Of a DNA stretch of 64,000 nucleotides, positions 13,736 to 26,792 are shown piece after piece (position 1 is the stretch's first letter; the number at the start of each line of letters is the position of its first letter). Origin of the DNA: Octopus bimaculoides (lineage: Eukaryota). A program made the translations under genes and the position numbers. The stretch covers positions 37,068,469-37,132,468 of the forward strand of contig NC_068991.1 in assembly GCF_001194135.2 (NCBI RefSeq), in the 5' to 3' direction. Under the pieces are notes generated by a model. It saw nothing but the letters and a program-made list of their open reading frames with translations, did no database searches and had not been told where the DNA came from.

Positions 13736-14150
13736 GCAAAACATCTAAACTATTAACAACAGGAATTAATAAAGCTAGCATTTAACTTTGTAGACTGGAA
13801 TGGTGAGCATCCTGAATAGGACACCAATCCTTCACAAGTCACACAAACCTAAAAGTAGAAATTCAAATCAAACGGAACAGTCATAAGTCATAAGCTTAAA
13901 GTTTCATAATGTATCCAGTCAACTTGCTAGAAATAGCAGCCAAATCTCCCTCGAATCACACCCATCTTTTGTAAATGGACATGTTAATGTTGTTCTGGGT
14001 GCACTGTACTTGGGGAGTCATAGCTAGAATGTCTTTGGTGACAGATTTGCTTAACCAAGACTGATTAGAAAATAAACAACATGATCAATTTGTTTCAATA
14101 AATCAATGAATCTATAAATCACTAAATACATGTATAAATTGATAGCTTAC

Positions 14151-14247
14151 CCAGTAGGCTGTTTCCTTTTGACCTCTTGAACTTGAATACGAGTCCAGAA
14201 TAGTGGTTTCATGATTGATTTAGGGTGCACAACTGGTTTAGAGGAAG
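14151..14247 (-). CDS. FMN2: Formin exon, FH2 start (SSKPVVHPKSIMKPLFWTRIQVQE)
   Basis: MKPLFWTRIQ matches the FMN-type FH2 lasso motif. Acceptor ttttactgccag|CT, donor GG|gtaagc. 97 nt, phase 1 to phase 2. Confidence 0.93.
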
Positions 14248-14796
14248 CTGGCAGTAAAAAACAAAACCAAGAAATGTATTTGTGGTTAGCATTATATAAA
14301 TCAATTGCAGCGTGGAAGGTGTTTATAGGCCATTTAAAATAACACACAAAATCCGTTACATTCACTTCAACATTTAAATTTAATTTGTCAAAATATTTTC
14401 GTCGCTTTGAGACCACGACCTGTTCACTGACAAAATTCTGTGCTGCATCTGAGAAAGTAACAGTTAGTTCATGATATATACGTACGTGTGTATGTATGTA
14501 TGTATGTATGTGCATGCACATGTGTGTGCGTATGCATCTGTGTACATGCATATGCATGTGTGCATGCTTATACACATGTATGTATATATGTATATATGTA
14601 TATATGTATGCACGTATGTACTTATGGATGTACGTGAGTAATAGGGTAAGTGTGTAGACATGTTTGTGTGTGTGTGTAGATTTAAGAGTACAACATGTTC
14701 AAAAATTGAAACCAAGTAGTAACCCTAGTATTGAATCCTGCTTGCCTTAAATTACTTGTCTGGCAACAGTTGTTGTATTGACCTCTGCTTGTCTTA

Positions 14797-15010
14797 ACCA
14801 TTTAGCATTTAAACTCACCATATCCAGCCAAAATATTCTACCAGTTTTATGTTCAAACTGGTCAGATCTAGCCTCTCACAATCTTATTCTAGAAATAAAC
14901 AATCACAAGCAGTCACTGAAATCTCAAAGTCATGAGATAATGCATGACTAATTCAAATGAATGAATAAATAAGCATTGCATTTGACAGAATAATTTGAAT
15001 GCTAAAGGCA
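14797..15010. mobile_element. piggyBac-type MITE, second family; a related copy is at ~20940-21168
   Basis: Termini ttaaccatttagcatt...aatgctaaagg. The 20940-21168 copy shares internal sequence and ends gaatgctaagggttaa. Confidence 0.5.
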
Positions 15011-16069
15011 TCAAAAGCACTCCACAAATGAACATCCTGTATTACTTATAGATAGATGTATCTACAGCTACATTACCCCATGTAATGTACTCTCCAATCT
15101 TTAAATGTTTTGCTATATCCAGCAGGTCAAGTGAGCACCAAGAACTTTGCTAATTGATTCATTTAATGTTTTTCCACAAAGTAATTATAAATAAGATATT
15201 ACAGTCAAGATCGTCATCATCATCATCATTTAGTGCCTACTTTCCATGCTGGCATGGGTAAGACAGTCTGACTTGGACTGGTAAGTAGGTGAACTGTACT
15301 GGACTCCAGAGTGACTCGGCTGGGTTTCTATGGCCAGATGCCTTTCCTCCAACTACTCCAAGAGTGTAGTGGGTGCCTTTTACATGTCACTGACACTGGC
15401 CACAACTATGATTTTACTTGGCTTCATACCTCTTCTCAAGCACAGCAAATTGTCAAAGGTCTTGATCATTTGTCATCACTTTCATACGACTCAACATCCA
15501 AAGATATCACAGAGAAATGACATAGCATCAATATGGTTGTTTAATTTAATTGAAACTGGCTGAATCTCATCACACCTTGCCACCTTAAAAATGATTTACT
15601 GAACAATGAGGTCTTGAGTAGACAATTCCAGAACAAAAGACAAACTGGTCCATGTGGGAATGCTTGTCATCACAAGTCATTTATAAGGTTTGAGGCTGAA
15701 CTTGTGTACTGTTGACTCCACACACATGAATGCATGCACACACACACACACACACACACATATGGGTTGGATTGTCTGATGGCATGACAGGATTCGATAA
15801 GTCAGGGGATTGCATTGTGCTCCAATATCTGCTTTGGCATGATATTTGTATAGCTGGACACCCTTCCTAATGCCATCCACTTTACAGAGTGTCCAACCAC
15901 TAACAGGCTTCAGCACAGTTTCTGTCAACCAAATTCCAGTCACGAGGTTTTGGTCAATATGATGCAATAGTTGACACTTGCCCAAAGCATTGTGCAGTAA
16001 GATCAAATGTGGAACCAGGCTGACATTAATAGCAAAAAAAGATGAAAAATATTACAATGTCTCACTTAC

Positions 16070-17015
16070 TGTCATACATAGCCATTGTATATCCAGTGAA
16101 AGGGAGCGTAGGTGATGATTTAGTGTTACTTGAGGATGGAGGTGGTGGTGCTGGAGGTGGAGCTGGTCTCAACCCAGGCATTCGTGGTAATGGAGGTGGG
16201 GGTGGGCAAGGAGAGCCTGCACCAGGTGGTGGTGGTGGTGGTGGTGGTGGAACACGAGGGCTTGCACCAGGCATTGGTGGAGGAGGAGGTGGAACACGAG
16301 GGCCTGCACCAGGCAAAGGTGGGGGAGGAGGTGGTGTAGTAGATGTTAAGCTGATACTGGGTAAGGTTGGTAATGGTGGTGGTGGTGGTGGTGGAGGTGG
16401 TGAAACTGTTCCCACTGGTGCAGGCTGAGATTGAACTATTGAGCATGGAGTTTGTGCAGAGGGAGAAGTTGGAGATGATTGAAGAATGCTGGAGGAAGAA
16501 GGAGGTACAGAAAGGGGTCGAGCACACATGTCACTCATCATAGACAGCTGGTTATCATCTTTCATGGGTGATGAGTTTGGTGATAACACTGTGAAACACA
16601 TGGAATCATCCTCTTCAGGAGAAATAAGGCATCGGTTGAGAGGTTGATGCTTCTGCATAATGTTTTCCACTGCAGTTGGAGATTTGTCCTCATTCCGATT
16701 GATGTAATTCAGAGGAGTGTCTGCCAACATTTTGTCAGGTGTTGCTGCAGGAGTGTGGTACTGAGATGGACTTGGAGTATCTGAAAGACTGTAATTCATA
16801 TTTGGAGTCAGCTCATTTGGTTTCAAATGTGGTTTCTCCAATTCCATCTCAGCAGCTTGTGCATACATCCAAGCTGACTGCGTCATCTGTTCAATCCCCA
16901 AAAGAACTTCATACTTCTCACATTGAGCTTTTAGTTTCTTGAGTTCCTCATTTTTCAGTTTTAATTGGGTTTCAAATTCTTTCATCAATTCTGCTTTTCC
17001 AACATTGTGTTCTTT
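16070..17015 (-). CDS. FMN2: Formin exon, coiled coil plus polyproline FH1 domain
   Basis: 946-nt open frame containing about six polyproline tracts. Acceptor ttttgccag|AAA, donor A|gtaagt (phase 1). Confidence 0.93.
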
Positions 17016-17169
17016 CTGGCAAAATTCAAAAATCAAATAAAAATTAACACAATTTTGTTTTGTTTTTAATCAGATGCAAAATCAGATTTTGTAAGAAAAC
17101 ATCATTGCACCAAACCTGCTTTAAACATAACTAGCATGCAAATAAACCCCTTACAATTGCTCCAAATGT

Positions 17170-17960
17170 AGGTTCTTATTACCACCAAGGATCACTCATG
17201 GTGAAAGTACATCCTCGACATAGCTAAAGCCAAAACACAAGNNNNNNNNNNNNNNNNNNNNNNNNNNNNNNNNNNNNNNNNNNNNNNNNNNNNNNNNNNN
17301 NNNNNNNNNNNNNNNNNNNNNNNNNNNNNNNNNNNNNNNNNNNNNNNNNNNNNNNNNNNNNNNNNNNNNNNNNNNNNNGGATCACTCATGGTGAAAGTAC
17401 ATCCTCGACATAGCTAAAGCCAAAACACAAGTTGCCCTTCTTTTCAGGGCCACAAGATACTTCAATTACCAATAATTTTTGGCATTCTACAAAAAGCTCA
17501 GGTGAGGCCCATTATGGAGTATTGTTTTCACACCAGGAACAGTGCTCCTGCTGTCCACACAGACATCCTAAACTACATCTAGAAAAGGACCACCCAACTG
17601 ATTAGCATAAAATCACTCAGAGACATACTCCATCCTCAGACTCAAAAATAATCTTTTTTGTTTTCGCCTTTTCTACCATTACCATAAAGGTCTCTGTTCC
17701 TTAGAGCTGGCTTGCCTCAAGCCAAATCCACTCAAGCATTCCTGACTTACTTGTCTCTCCTCCTCTCATCAACCTTGTTGTGTCCAACATTTCAAGCCCT
17801 ACACTAACCACTACACCCAGTCCTTCCCTCCAAAACTCCCTCTCTGCTCATGCCTTCCCCACATGTGTTGACTTGCAATAGTTCAAGAGGAACATTAGCT
17901 ACATCAATCTCACCAGTCTCGGAGGGCCTATAAAGGTCATGGGCACTGACCCCTTATCTA
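17170..17960 (+). mobile_element. 3' remnant of CR1/Jockey-group LINE
   Basis: KAQVRPIMEYCFHT..SAPA..DILNYI*KR at ~17493-17590 matches the post-RT region of these LINEs. Confidence 0.65.
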
Positions 17961-18003
17961 GATCTTGAAAATTTTTTTAAATGCATATGAATTACATAAA
18001 AAT

Positions 18004-18062
<59 letters not shown>

Positions 18063-18785
18063 TAAACACAAACATGTGTGTCTGTATATGTATATTCTAC
18101 ACACACACACATGCATAATGCACACACACACAAATATTATATATATTGTGGACATGTTAGGGTATCAAGTTCTAGAGTAAGGGCATTGATCCCAATATTA
18201 ATTTATTGATCTTTGAACAGGTCAATGCAAGGTCAATCAGGGTAGGATTTGAAATCATAAGCTGAAGAACATAACCAAATATCACAAGGTAATTTGTGAC
18301 CAAATGTGACCAACACCACTAATCATGGTTTTAAAAAGGAACTAGCAGTAAAAAAACATTATTTCTATAAATTTTCTTTTACACAAAATAATATCTTTCA
18401 ACATTTTGTTTTAACTTCTGCTTGTTGATCATATTTAGAACTTTTTCAATAAAACTAATGGTTACTAAGGAGTTAAATAAATGATACAATAGAAAAGATA
18501 CACAACAGGAAGATGGAAGAGCTTAAATCAATCCAGTAGAATTGACAACAAACTCACACAGATGCTTTTATGTGGCCACACAACCTTCTTGAAATAGCAG
18601 GCAAATATCTCACAAAGCATACTGTCTTAAAAAGAAGGGGAAGAACACTATTTTCCAAAGACAATGTAGTTTTGGATACAATGTAGTGTTTGAAAAATCT
18701 GACTGGATGATCAAAGCTAGAAAGTCTGATTGTAAATCAAGTTGGGCAGATTTGAAGTTAAAACAACAATATGAATGATACATAC

Positions 18786-18847
18786 CACTAGATGTTCTGC
18801 ACTCTCTTTATATTCTTGTCTGAGAATTGCCAGAGATGCTTGTTGTT
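18786..18847 (-). CDS. FMN2: Formin exon, coiled-coil start (EQQASLAILRQEYKESAEHLV)
   Basis: Acceptor ttcttcatcaattcag|AA, donor GTG|gtatgt. 62 nt; it supplies the phase 1 to phase 0 bridge needed between 20737 and 17015. Confidence 0.8.
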
Positions 18848-20736
18848 CTGAATTGATGAAGAAATGATAAAGTAAAAATATATTAACAACATCAGACAAG
18901 AAGATTATTACTACTGCAGCTAAACATGGGTCTTCAACACAACATAGGTCAGTATTCCATAGCAGTTGTGAGGTTAGATAGCACAACTACAATTATAACA
19001 AATTCTATTTTACTACTACTACTACTACTTTTTGTTCAGTTTACTTAAGAAATCTAAGACCCCTGGCTGGGACAATGCTAGAGTTTCTAGAAACTTTCAA
19101 GAGACCAGGTCAATATTTCTATATGGGCAAAAGCAGATATTGTCATTATCCTAATTATAATGTCCATTTTCTCAGAATGGGTCACAGGCATTTGTAGTAC
19201 AACATTGCACCAAACATTTCAAAACCATTAAGTCTATAATCCCGAAATCTGAAAATGTCACCATCTCTTCTTGTATTTGTCTCTACCAGGAAATCATTTC
19301 ACTACCAGCATATGGCACCTTAAAGGCGGTGAGCTGGCAGAAACTTTAGCACACTGGGCAAAATGCTAAGTGGTATTTCATCTGTCTTTACCTTCTGAGT
19401 TCAAATTCTGCTGAGGTCAACTTTGCTTTTCATCCTTTTGGGGTCAATAAATTAAGTACCAGTTGCATACTGAGTCAAACTAATTGACTGCCCCCCGCCA
19501 TCCCCAAAAATTTCGGGCCTTGTGCCTAGAGCAGAAAAGAATATATGGCATCTTGAATACATGTACAGAGGTTCATTTAGAAATATAAACAGGATGGAGT
19601 AGCCAGATGCAATACATCTGCTAAATACATACAGTAAGGAACTATATATAATACATGAAGGGACATGAACTGTCAACCATGCAGAAAGGGATGTCTTAAT
19701 AGGAGACAACCTTACAGTGTGGGATCAAAAAAGCAATGTCAACTATACATGAAAGAGTGCAAACATACCAAACAATGTTGCACAACTACCATTTAAAATA
19801 CAAAGATGTAGAGAGATATAGAAAACAATGAGACAATTATGGACATGTCAAATATACATATCAGTGAGACAACCATTAACAAATACAGTACAAATATAAA
19901 CTGCCTTTGATACATCAGGAGAACAAGTACATAAGGACTAGGACTCGGGGATACATACAGGATAGTTCATCATCATCATCATTATTTAACATCTGTTTTC
20001 CATGCAGGCATGGGCTGGTTGGCATGACAGGAACTGGCATGGGTTGGATGGCATGACAGGAACTGGCATGACTAGGGCCACAACAGATTCCATAGTCTGT
20101 TTTGACTTGATTTCTACAGCTGGATGCCCTTCTTAACACCAACTACTTTACAAAGTGTACTAGGTGCTTTTTACATGGCATCAGCATCAGTGCTTTTTAT
20201 GTGGCACCAGCACCAGTGCTTTTTTATATTGCACTAGGACCCACACCAATGCTTTTTATGTGGCACTTTGGTTTTAGGATATCAAATCAGTCGTGGTGAG
20301 TGGGTTGACAAAAGATGATAGGTACACATAAATGAAACAACAATACACAGAGAAGACTGTTCACTATACACTGTAAAGAAACAACTATATACAATATTAG
20401 AATGTAAGATATTGTCTTCAAATCATGAAAGATTCTAAAAGCTGCTGCATACTTTCAGTTTCATGGTTACAAGCCAGAGAGATTGAAGAGTGTGTTGATT
20501 TATCTTAGGTGATATTCCCAGATGATCTGGTAAATAAACTGTACCTTACAGCTTAATATAGTAAATTAGAATGAAGTATACTGACTAAAACTACGCAGCA
20601 AAACACTGAGAGTGGATTTCAACCCAAGACATTTAAGCTAGTAGTTCAAAACAAATCCACTCAACCATTTCATTTTTCCATAAAAAAACTACAGAACACA
20701 AACTATAAAAACAACATATGTTGAAACTTTACTTAC

Positions 20737-20890
20737 CAGCTTCAGTATATTTCAAACCTGAATTACTTTGTGAAGAATTAGAAACCAAAACGGAAGGCCA
20801 CAAGGAAGATTCGATTTTACCAGGAGCTGCATCAGTTGGTTGCGTAAGGCATGATGCTTCAGTATGAGTCCAGTAGTACATGCAGTCAGG
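20737..20890 (-). CDS. FMN2: Formin exon, end of DEP-like domain (PDCMYYWTHTEA...KYTEA)
   Basis: Acceptor tttcttttcag|CCT, donor G|gtaagt. 154 nt, stop-free, phase 0 to phase 1. Joins the previous exon to read IFRPDCMYYW. Confidence 0.85.
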
Positions 20891-21596
20891 CTGAAAAGAA
20901 ACATTTTAATAATATTAACATAACATTTAATAATATTAATCCTATAGCTCTTAAACTGGCCATATCCAGGCCCAAAAAATCTATCTGTTTTATGTTCAAG
21001 CTGGTCAGATCCGGCTTCTCACACCCACCCTACAATATCACAATATTGTTCTGAAAATAAACAACCACATCACTGAAATCTCAAAGCTACAAGATAATGT
21101 ATGATCACTTCAAAACAATATGAATGACTAGACATTACATTTGACAGAATAATCTGAATGCTAAGGGTTAAACTCCACCTCTTTAAATGTTACCACATAC
21201 ATAAACAAAAACTTGAGCTCAAATATACATGTGTATGTATGTGTGTGTGTGTACATGCATACGTGCATGTGTGCAGTCATATCTATTTGACCATCTAGCT
21301 AAGTATCATATGATCTATATATATATAAATATATAAGATTAAGATTAATGTAATATAAAGCTGAAGCAAATTAACACCAAATATACAGTGCGTGTGTTTT
21401 TATTGGCTAAACTGGCAATGTGACCATCCCCAAGTACAACATCTGTTTCAACATACAATTTCACATCAAAAATCTTGCAAAACAAATATATATATATATA
21501 CATATTTACCAATTAATCTACCTTTTCAAATCATGTCCTCTCTCTCTACTTTCACTCATTCATATACTTAGTTGACTCACTCTGCAGGTGAATATA

Positions 21597-22520
21597 CAGG
21601 GTGTTTCAAAAGACTATGTCACATTCTAAGAACTCTTATATCATGAACTACAAATGATAGCATAATTGAACTGGTACCATTTTAAAGTTAAAAGTGTCAA
21701 GTTTTCTTCTGTTCATTTAATTTTAATTTAATTAATTAAATCTAATTTAATTTGTTATTTTTGCTTCTTTTCAGATCCAGTAATGTCATTCACAAAACAA
21801 GAGGTCATTTTGTGTCCTAAAATACGCTAAAACTGAATCATGGACACGTGTTCAATGCAAATTTAATACAATGTTTACCAAGCAGACACCAGACAGATGC
21901 TTTGTTTTGAATTGGCGTACAAAATTTAAGGAGGAGGGTGTTTGTGCCTGGCAAAGAGAACAGAGTGCCCCTCAGCTTCAGATGATATGGTTGAACAAAT
22001 TTGGCAAGCCTTCCAGTGCAAACCAAGTCAGAATAGCTAGTCAAGAATTTCAGCTCCCGTCAACAACTGTTTGGCACATCTTAAGGAGATAGCTGCAGTT
22101 CACACCATACAAGTTGCAATTGGTACAACAGTTGAAGGCCACTAATAAACCTATTCACCATGAATTTTGCACAGGGGACAAACACCCCTCCTCCTGAAAT
22201 TTTGCATGCCAATTCAAGATGGAACATCTGTCTGGTGCCAGTTTGGTAAATGATGTACAAAATTTGCATTGAACACATGTCCATGATTCAGTTTTAGCGT
22301 ATTCTAGGACACAAAATTACTTCTCTTGTTTTGTGAATGACATTACTGGATCTGAAAAGAGATAAAAAACAAAAAATGAATTAAATTAAATTAAAATTAA
22401 ATTAACAGAAGAAAACTTGACACTTTTAGCTTTTAAATGGTACCAGTTCAATTACACTTCCAGTTGTAGTTCATGATATATGAGTTCTTAGAATATATCA
22501 TAGACTTTTGAAACACCCTG
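21597..22520. mobile_element. Fold-back derivative of a Tc1/mariner element (two inverted 5' ends)
   Basis: TA|CAGGGTGTTTCAAAA...TTTTGAAACACCCTG|TA. Both arms carry the transposase N-terminus (KYAKTESWTRVQ / EYAKTESWTCVQ). Inverted arms about 345 bp. Confidence 0.85.
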
Positions 22521-22714
22521 TAGATTAAAATAAAAAATGAATAAGCAAAACATTTAATTTACATATAAAATATAAACATAGTGCAGAGTAGTTTATAAGA
22601 AATATGTTAAACCTCTTACAGCTGTTTCAATAATAGCTAAGTATTTGGATCATATATTATTGAGTAAAGAATTCCAAGAAAGCTAAGTAGTTTGGAGAGA
22701 GAGAGAGAGAGAGA

Positions 22715-23122
22715 ATAGAAATGAAGAATATCCCCAATCAAGGATAATAGTAGTTACCAGTTCATCAAGAAATGAAGGAAAGACCAGGGTGAAAGACAGA
22801 TGTGTTTGGTAGTTCCATGATCAATAATAAAGTCATAGGTAAAATTTAACATTCATTTGCAGTTCCATAGGTGAAGATTTGAGGATACTCCATGGCAAAG
22901 GATAATGGTATTTACTATTTCCATTGTTGAATAGAAAGTGAATTAGGATTCAGTTGGAATCACTGTAGCATATTATTCCAACTCAATCCTAATTCACTTT
23001 ATTAGTATTTCTTTGATTATGGAACTACCAAACACATATACATTTCATTTTGGTCTTTCCTTCATTTCTCAATGAACTGGTAACTACTAATATCTTTGAT
23101 TGGAGATATTCTTCATTTCTAT
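22715..23122. repeat. Compound inverted repeat (outer ~110-bp stem, inner 26-bp hairpin)
   Basis: 22715-22824 is the reverse complement of 23013-23122 with a few mismatches. 22935-22960 pairs with 22975-23000 with one mismatch. Confidence 0.85.
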
Positions 23123-26095
23123 ATCTTCTTACTTCTCTTTCTTTCTGATGATGGAATACTTAGCTTACATGGAATTCTTTACACAATAACATGATCCACA
23201 TGCTTAGCTATTCTATAACAAAGTTGCTAAAATGGTGAAGCTATATTCTATCAAAGTAACATGTCAGATATGGTGCACATTTACTTGGCAAAGATCATCA
23301 GCCAATGCCCCTCAAGAATTCATACTAACACCAATTCCCTTCGATGTATGTCATACAGGACAGTGATTTGCTGAAGATTTCAAACTCCAGATGGTTATCA
23401 AAACATAAATGATTATACTCAATCACAATCCAACTTCCATATATGAATCCGAAAAACTGAAGACTGAAAACAAAACCAAGACAATCAAGTAAGTTCATGT
23501 AGTTTGATTTTGAAAAGAACTAACTTAAACTGCCATAATCTTGAGTGTCAAATGGCATCTGATAAATGTCAGAACTTAGGAGTTGTTGTTGACAAAAGAC
23601 TTGATGGAAAGGCTCAAATCAACACACTATTGATTAACTGTCTGAGATCAGTTGTTAATAAGATTAAAATATTCCAAGCTAACAACTTTAACTTTAGAGA
23701 GGTCAGCTGTCAATTGAATATGAATGCTATTGCCCTTAGTTTATAAATAAAAGGTGCCTGGTTTGAATCCAGTCTGGTAGTGTGTACACATCCAGAAATA
23801 AGATACCTGATGATAATCAGATATAAAACTGCTTTAAATGTAATGAAGGTGTTAATATAGAAAACTCTTCCAGCTTTAAAAGTGAAGAAAATTATAATCT
23901 GGTGTTACATGCAAAATAAACTCATGGCTAAGATGGGTTAACTACACGTTGTCTTCCAGCCATGACAGTATTTTAAATCTAAAGGTGTCACCCCTAAAAT
24001 TCACTACCTTTATCATATTCTATTTATGTTCACTCTACACAAAACAAGACGTAAAATTTAATCTAAAAACTCTGAAAGTTGATTAGAAAAAAAAATAAAC
24101 AGCCTAACAGTTGTGAATTAGTGGGATGCCACCTTCAGACACATAGATTTTATTCTTAACAAAGTCATTTCAAGAACTTCAACATTTTCACAAAGTAGAA
24201 AATTTACCATCAATATTATACAACATAACAGTGACTCAACTGGCAGAGTTGATTTAATAATGGACAATGAGGTAAGAGTTCCTATTATCACTAGTTCTGC
24301 ATTGTATCCATGACAAAAAGTTAAATCTTATATAAATCAGTCCACTTAGTTGTCAACAGCTGTCACAAGAGTGGATCACAGCAGCACTGTAAAATTTATA
24401 AATGTTCTGATATCTTGCTGTGCACAGTTCAGCTCCTCCAGTGGAGGTATAGTTTGGAAATGGATGTGCTCTGTCCTATTAACTTACCCTTGGTATACCA
24501 CATGAAAAGAAATTCTCCAGTGATTCCCCTCTGAGGCAATATACCAATGTGGGATTCACTAGTACCATAGAAAATTGACTGAAGCAAACCTAAGTGAAAA
24601 GAACCAAGATTATCACCAAAAGATTAAAAAAAAAAAAACTTACTTTGACCTCCTGAGCTGTCCATGATAGGGTGGGAACTACCCTTATATTATGAGATAC
24701 AGATTCAGACATCTTCTTCTAAGTGATTCTTTGACACTAAGGGTTACCTGCTTCCACAACAAATAAATAACTATTACTGTCCTTGTATAAAACTATTAGT
24801 TGTTGTTGTTGTTTTTGTACTTGCTATTGATTGTGGTTTGCTGTATTTGTTTTCTCATAGAATAAAGACACATGAAATATTGATACGTGATAGTTTACAG
24901 ATATGTAATAGTTCCTTTTATATTGATTAGAGAGTTAGACCATAGACATGTAAAGATATGAGAAGAGTAGGTTCAAAAATTATTGGGACCTCTCACAGGG
25001 TACATAGCAAACTGGACCAACCCTGACCAGCAAAGTAAATTAAATGTGAAACTAATGTGCTGTTAAGAATAGAGAAATGCAGTGCAGAGTATGACAGCAT
25101 GGGCTGGTTTTGAACTGGGCTCAGTACTTCTCTGCTTTAAGTGTTTGATAGTTTATCATCAAGACAGAGACTTATTCCAATATTTCCATTGTAGCAGCTT
25201 TGCTCAGTCAATGTGTAAGAATACATTCCATTCTAATAGCACTTTATGAAGACAGGGACATTGTTCATACATGTTGTTGTTTTCCTTTTAATATTTTATT
25301 ATTGAGTTGTGACTATTCTGCTATTGTTGTTGCTTTCTTGATATGTTGGACCAAGGTGGAGGAGTGCTGCTAGGTAACTTGATGTCAGTTGGAAACAATG
25401 AAATCTACCACAGTAACTAAGACATTTTAACAATTCCAAAAATACTTCATCAGTGGTGATCTTGGTGTGTAACAAACAGATTCTGCAATATTGTTGGTGA
25501 CAGAATGAGTGGGAGACGAAAAAAGGGAAATATCTCCAGGAGTTTAAGAGAAAAACAAAAAAAAAGCAAGTCAAATATTCAACGTGGAGTCTCTTTTAGA
25601 TTAAAATAGATTTTTGATGGTTTTGTCATTTCCTGTCACATCACTCTTTTCTACCTCTCAATACCTCTCTCTCTCTCTCTCTCTTCCTCTCAGTAATTAA
25701 GTTATCACACCATTACTAACAAGAGTAATTAGAAATTCAGAAAAATAGAAAATAATTAGAAAAGAAAAAAATATATATATCTTTAAAAGTTAAATAAGGA
25801 TTTTTCTTTTAATTTAATTTTTTGTAGGGGACAGGACAAACCCCAAAATGGTACTTCCTGTTTATAAACTGAGGCCAGCAGACAATGGACAATTTTGAGT
25901 GGTTATATAGGCAGACATTTATTTTTCATAAATTGCAGTCGTTTTATCCATTCTGGTATTTTCAGTGGTGGGAGTCGATGTGACGTAAGAACAACCATAA
26001 CGACATAATTGAATAATAATAATTTCATTCCTTGTCCAGGTTTTTGTTGTTGTTGTTGTTACTAAAATATAAAAAAAACTCCCAACATCACTTGT

Positions 26096-26473
26096 AAATC
26101 ATTATAAAGTTTATGAACACCTATAAAGTAAAATATGCCATAGTATACAGAACTAAAGGTGTGTGTGTGTATGAGAAAGAAAGAGTGCAGCATTATGAAA
26201 TAACACTGATATATCTCAAGTCAAGCAGGGACCCTCTACATAACTCTTTAACCCACTAGAAATAGCAGCCAAATGTTTCTGAAATTACAGCCCATCATCT
26301 TAAATTAAGGACACATTTTATGATGTATTCTTTGATAAACTATATCTGAAATAGGACAGGATGGTCGAGGTTGATCTAGAGCTTAAGAATAAGACTCAGT
26401 AAATCATTATAAAGTTTATGATCACCTATAAAGTAAAACATAGTATGATACATAGAAGAAAAGATGTGTGTGT

Positions 26474-26515
<42 letters not shown>

Positions 26516-26792
26516 AAGCATGCTGTATAATGAGCTGAAGTGGAAGTGAGTTCATGTGTGTGTGCGTGAGAGAGAGGGGGGGAAAAGGGAGAGTCCAGCA
26601 TTATGAAATAACATTAGATGTATCACAAATTGAGCAGGGACCTGCTACATGGTTCCTTGACATAGAAGAAATAGCAGCCAAATATCTCTGGAATTACATC
26701 CCATCATCTTGAAATAGGAAAGACACATTATGATGTAGTCTTAGATACACTATATCTAACAAGGCTGATCTGGGGCTTAAGAATAAGACTGA
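26096..26792. repeat. Diverged local tandem duplication (units ~26096-26400 and 26401-26792)
   Basis: Both units start aaatcattataaagtttatga and end gcttaagaataagact. Each contains a gaaatagcagccaaat repeat-family copy. Confidence 0.8.

Noticed and set aside
16042-16527. Gly-rich plus-strand ORF and Thr/Ser-rich alternative-frame ORFs
   Set aside because: Shadows of the polyproline FH1 exon.
17189-17431. Exact 53-bp direct repeat on both sides of an N-gap
   Set aside because: Typical unmerged contig overlap; an assembly artefact.
25200-26000. Possible internal promoter or alternative first exon (ETS-like acttcctg ~25853, CRE-like tgacgtaa 25981, ORF 25299-25574)
   Set aside because: Short motifs are expected by chance, and no phase-0 donor or convincing coding frame was found.
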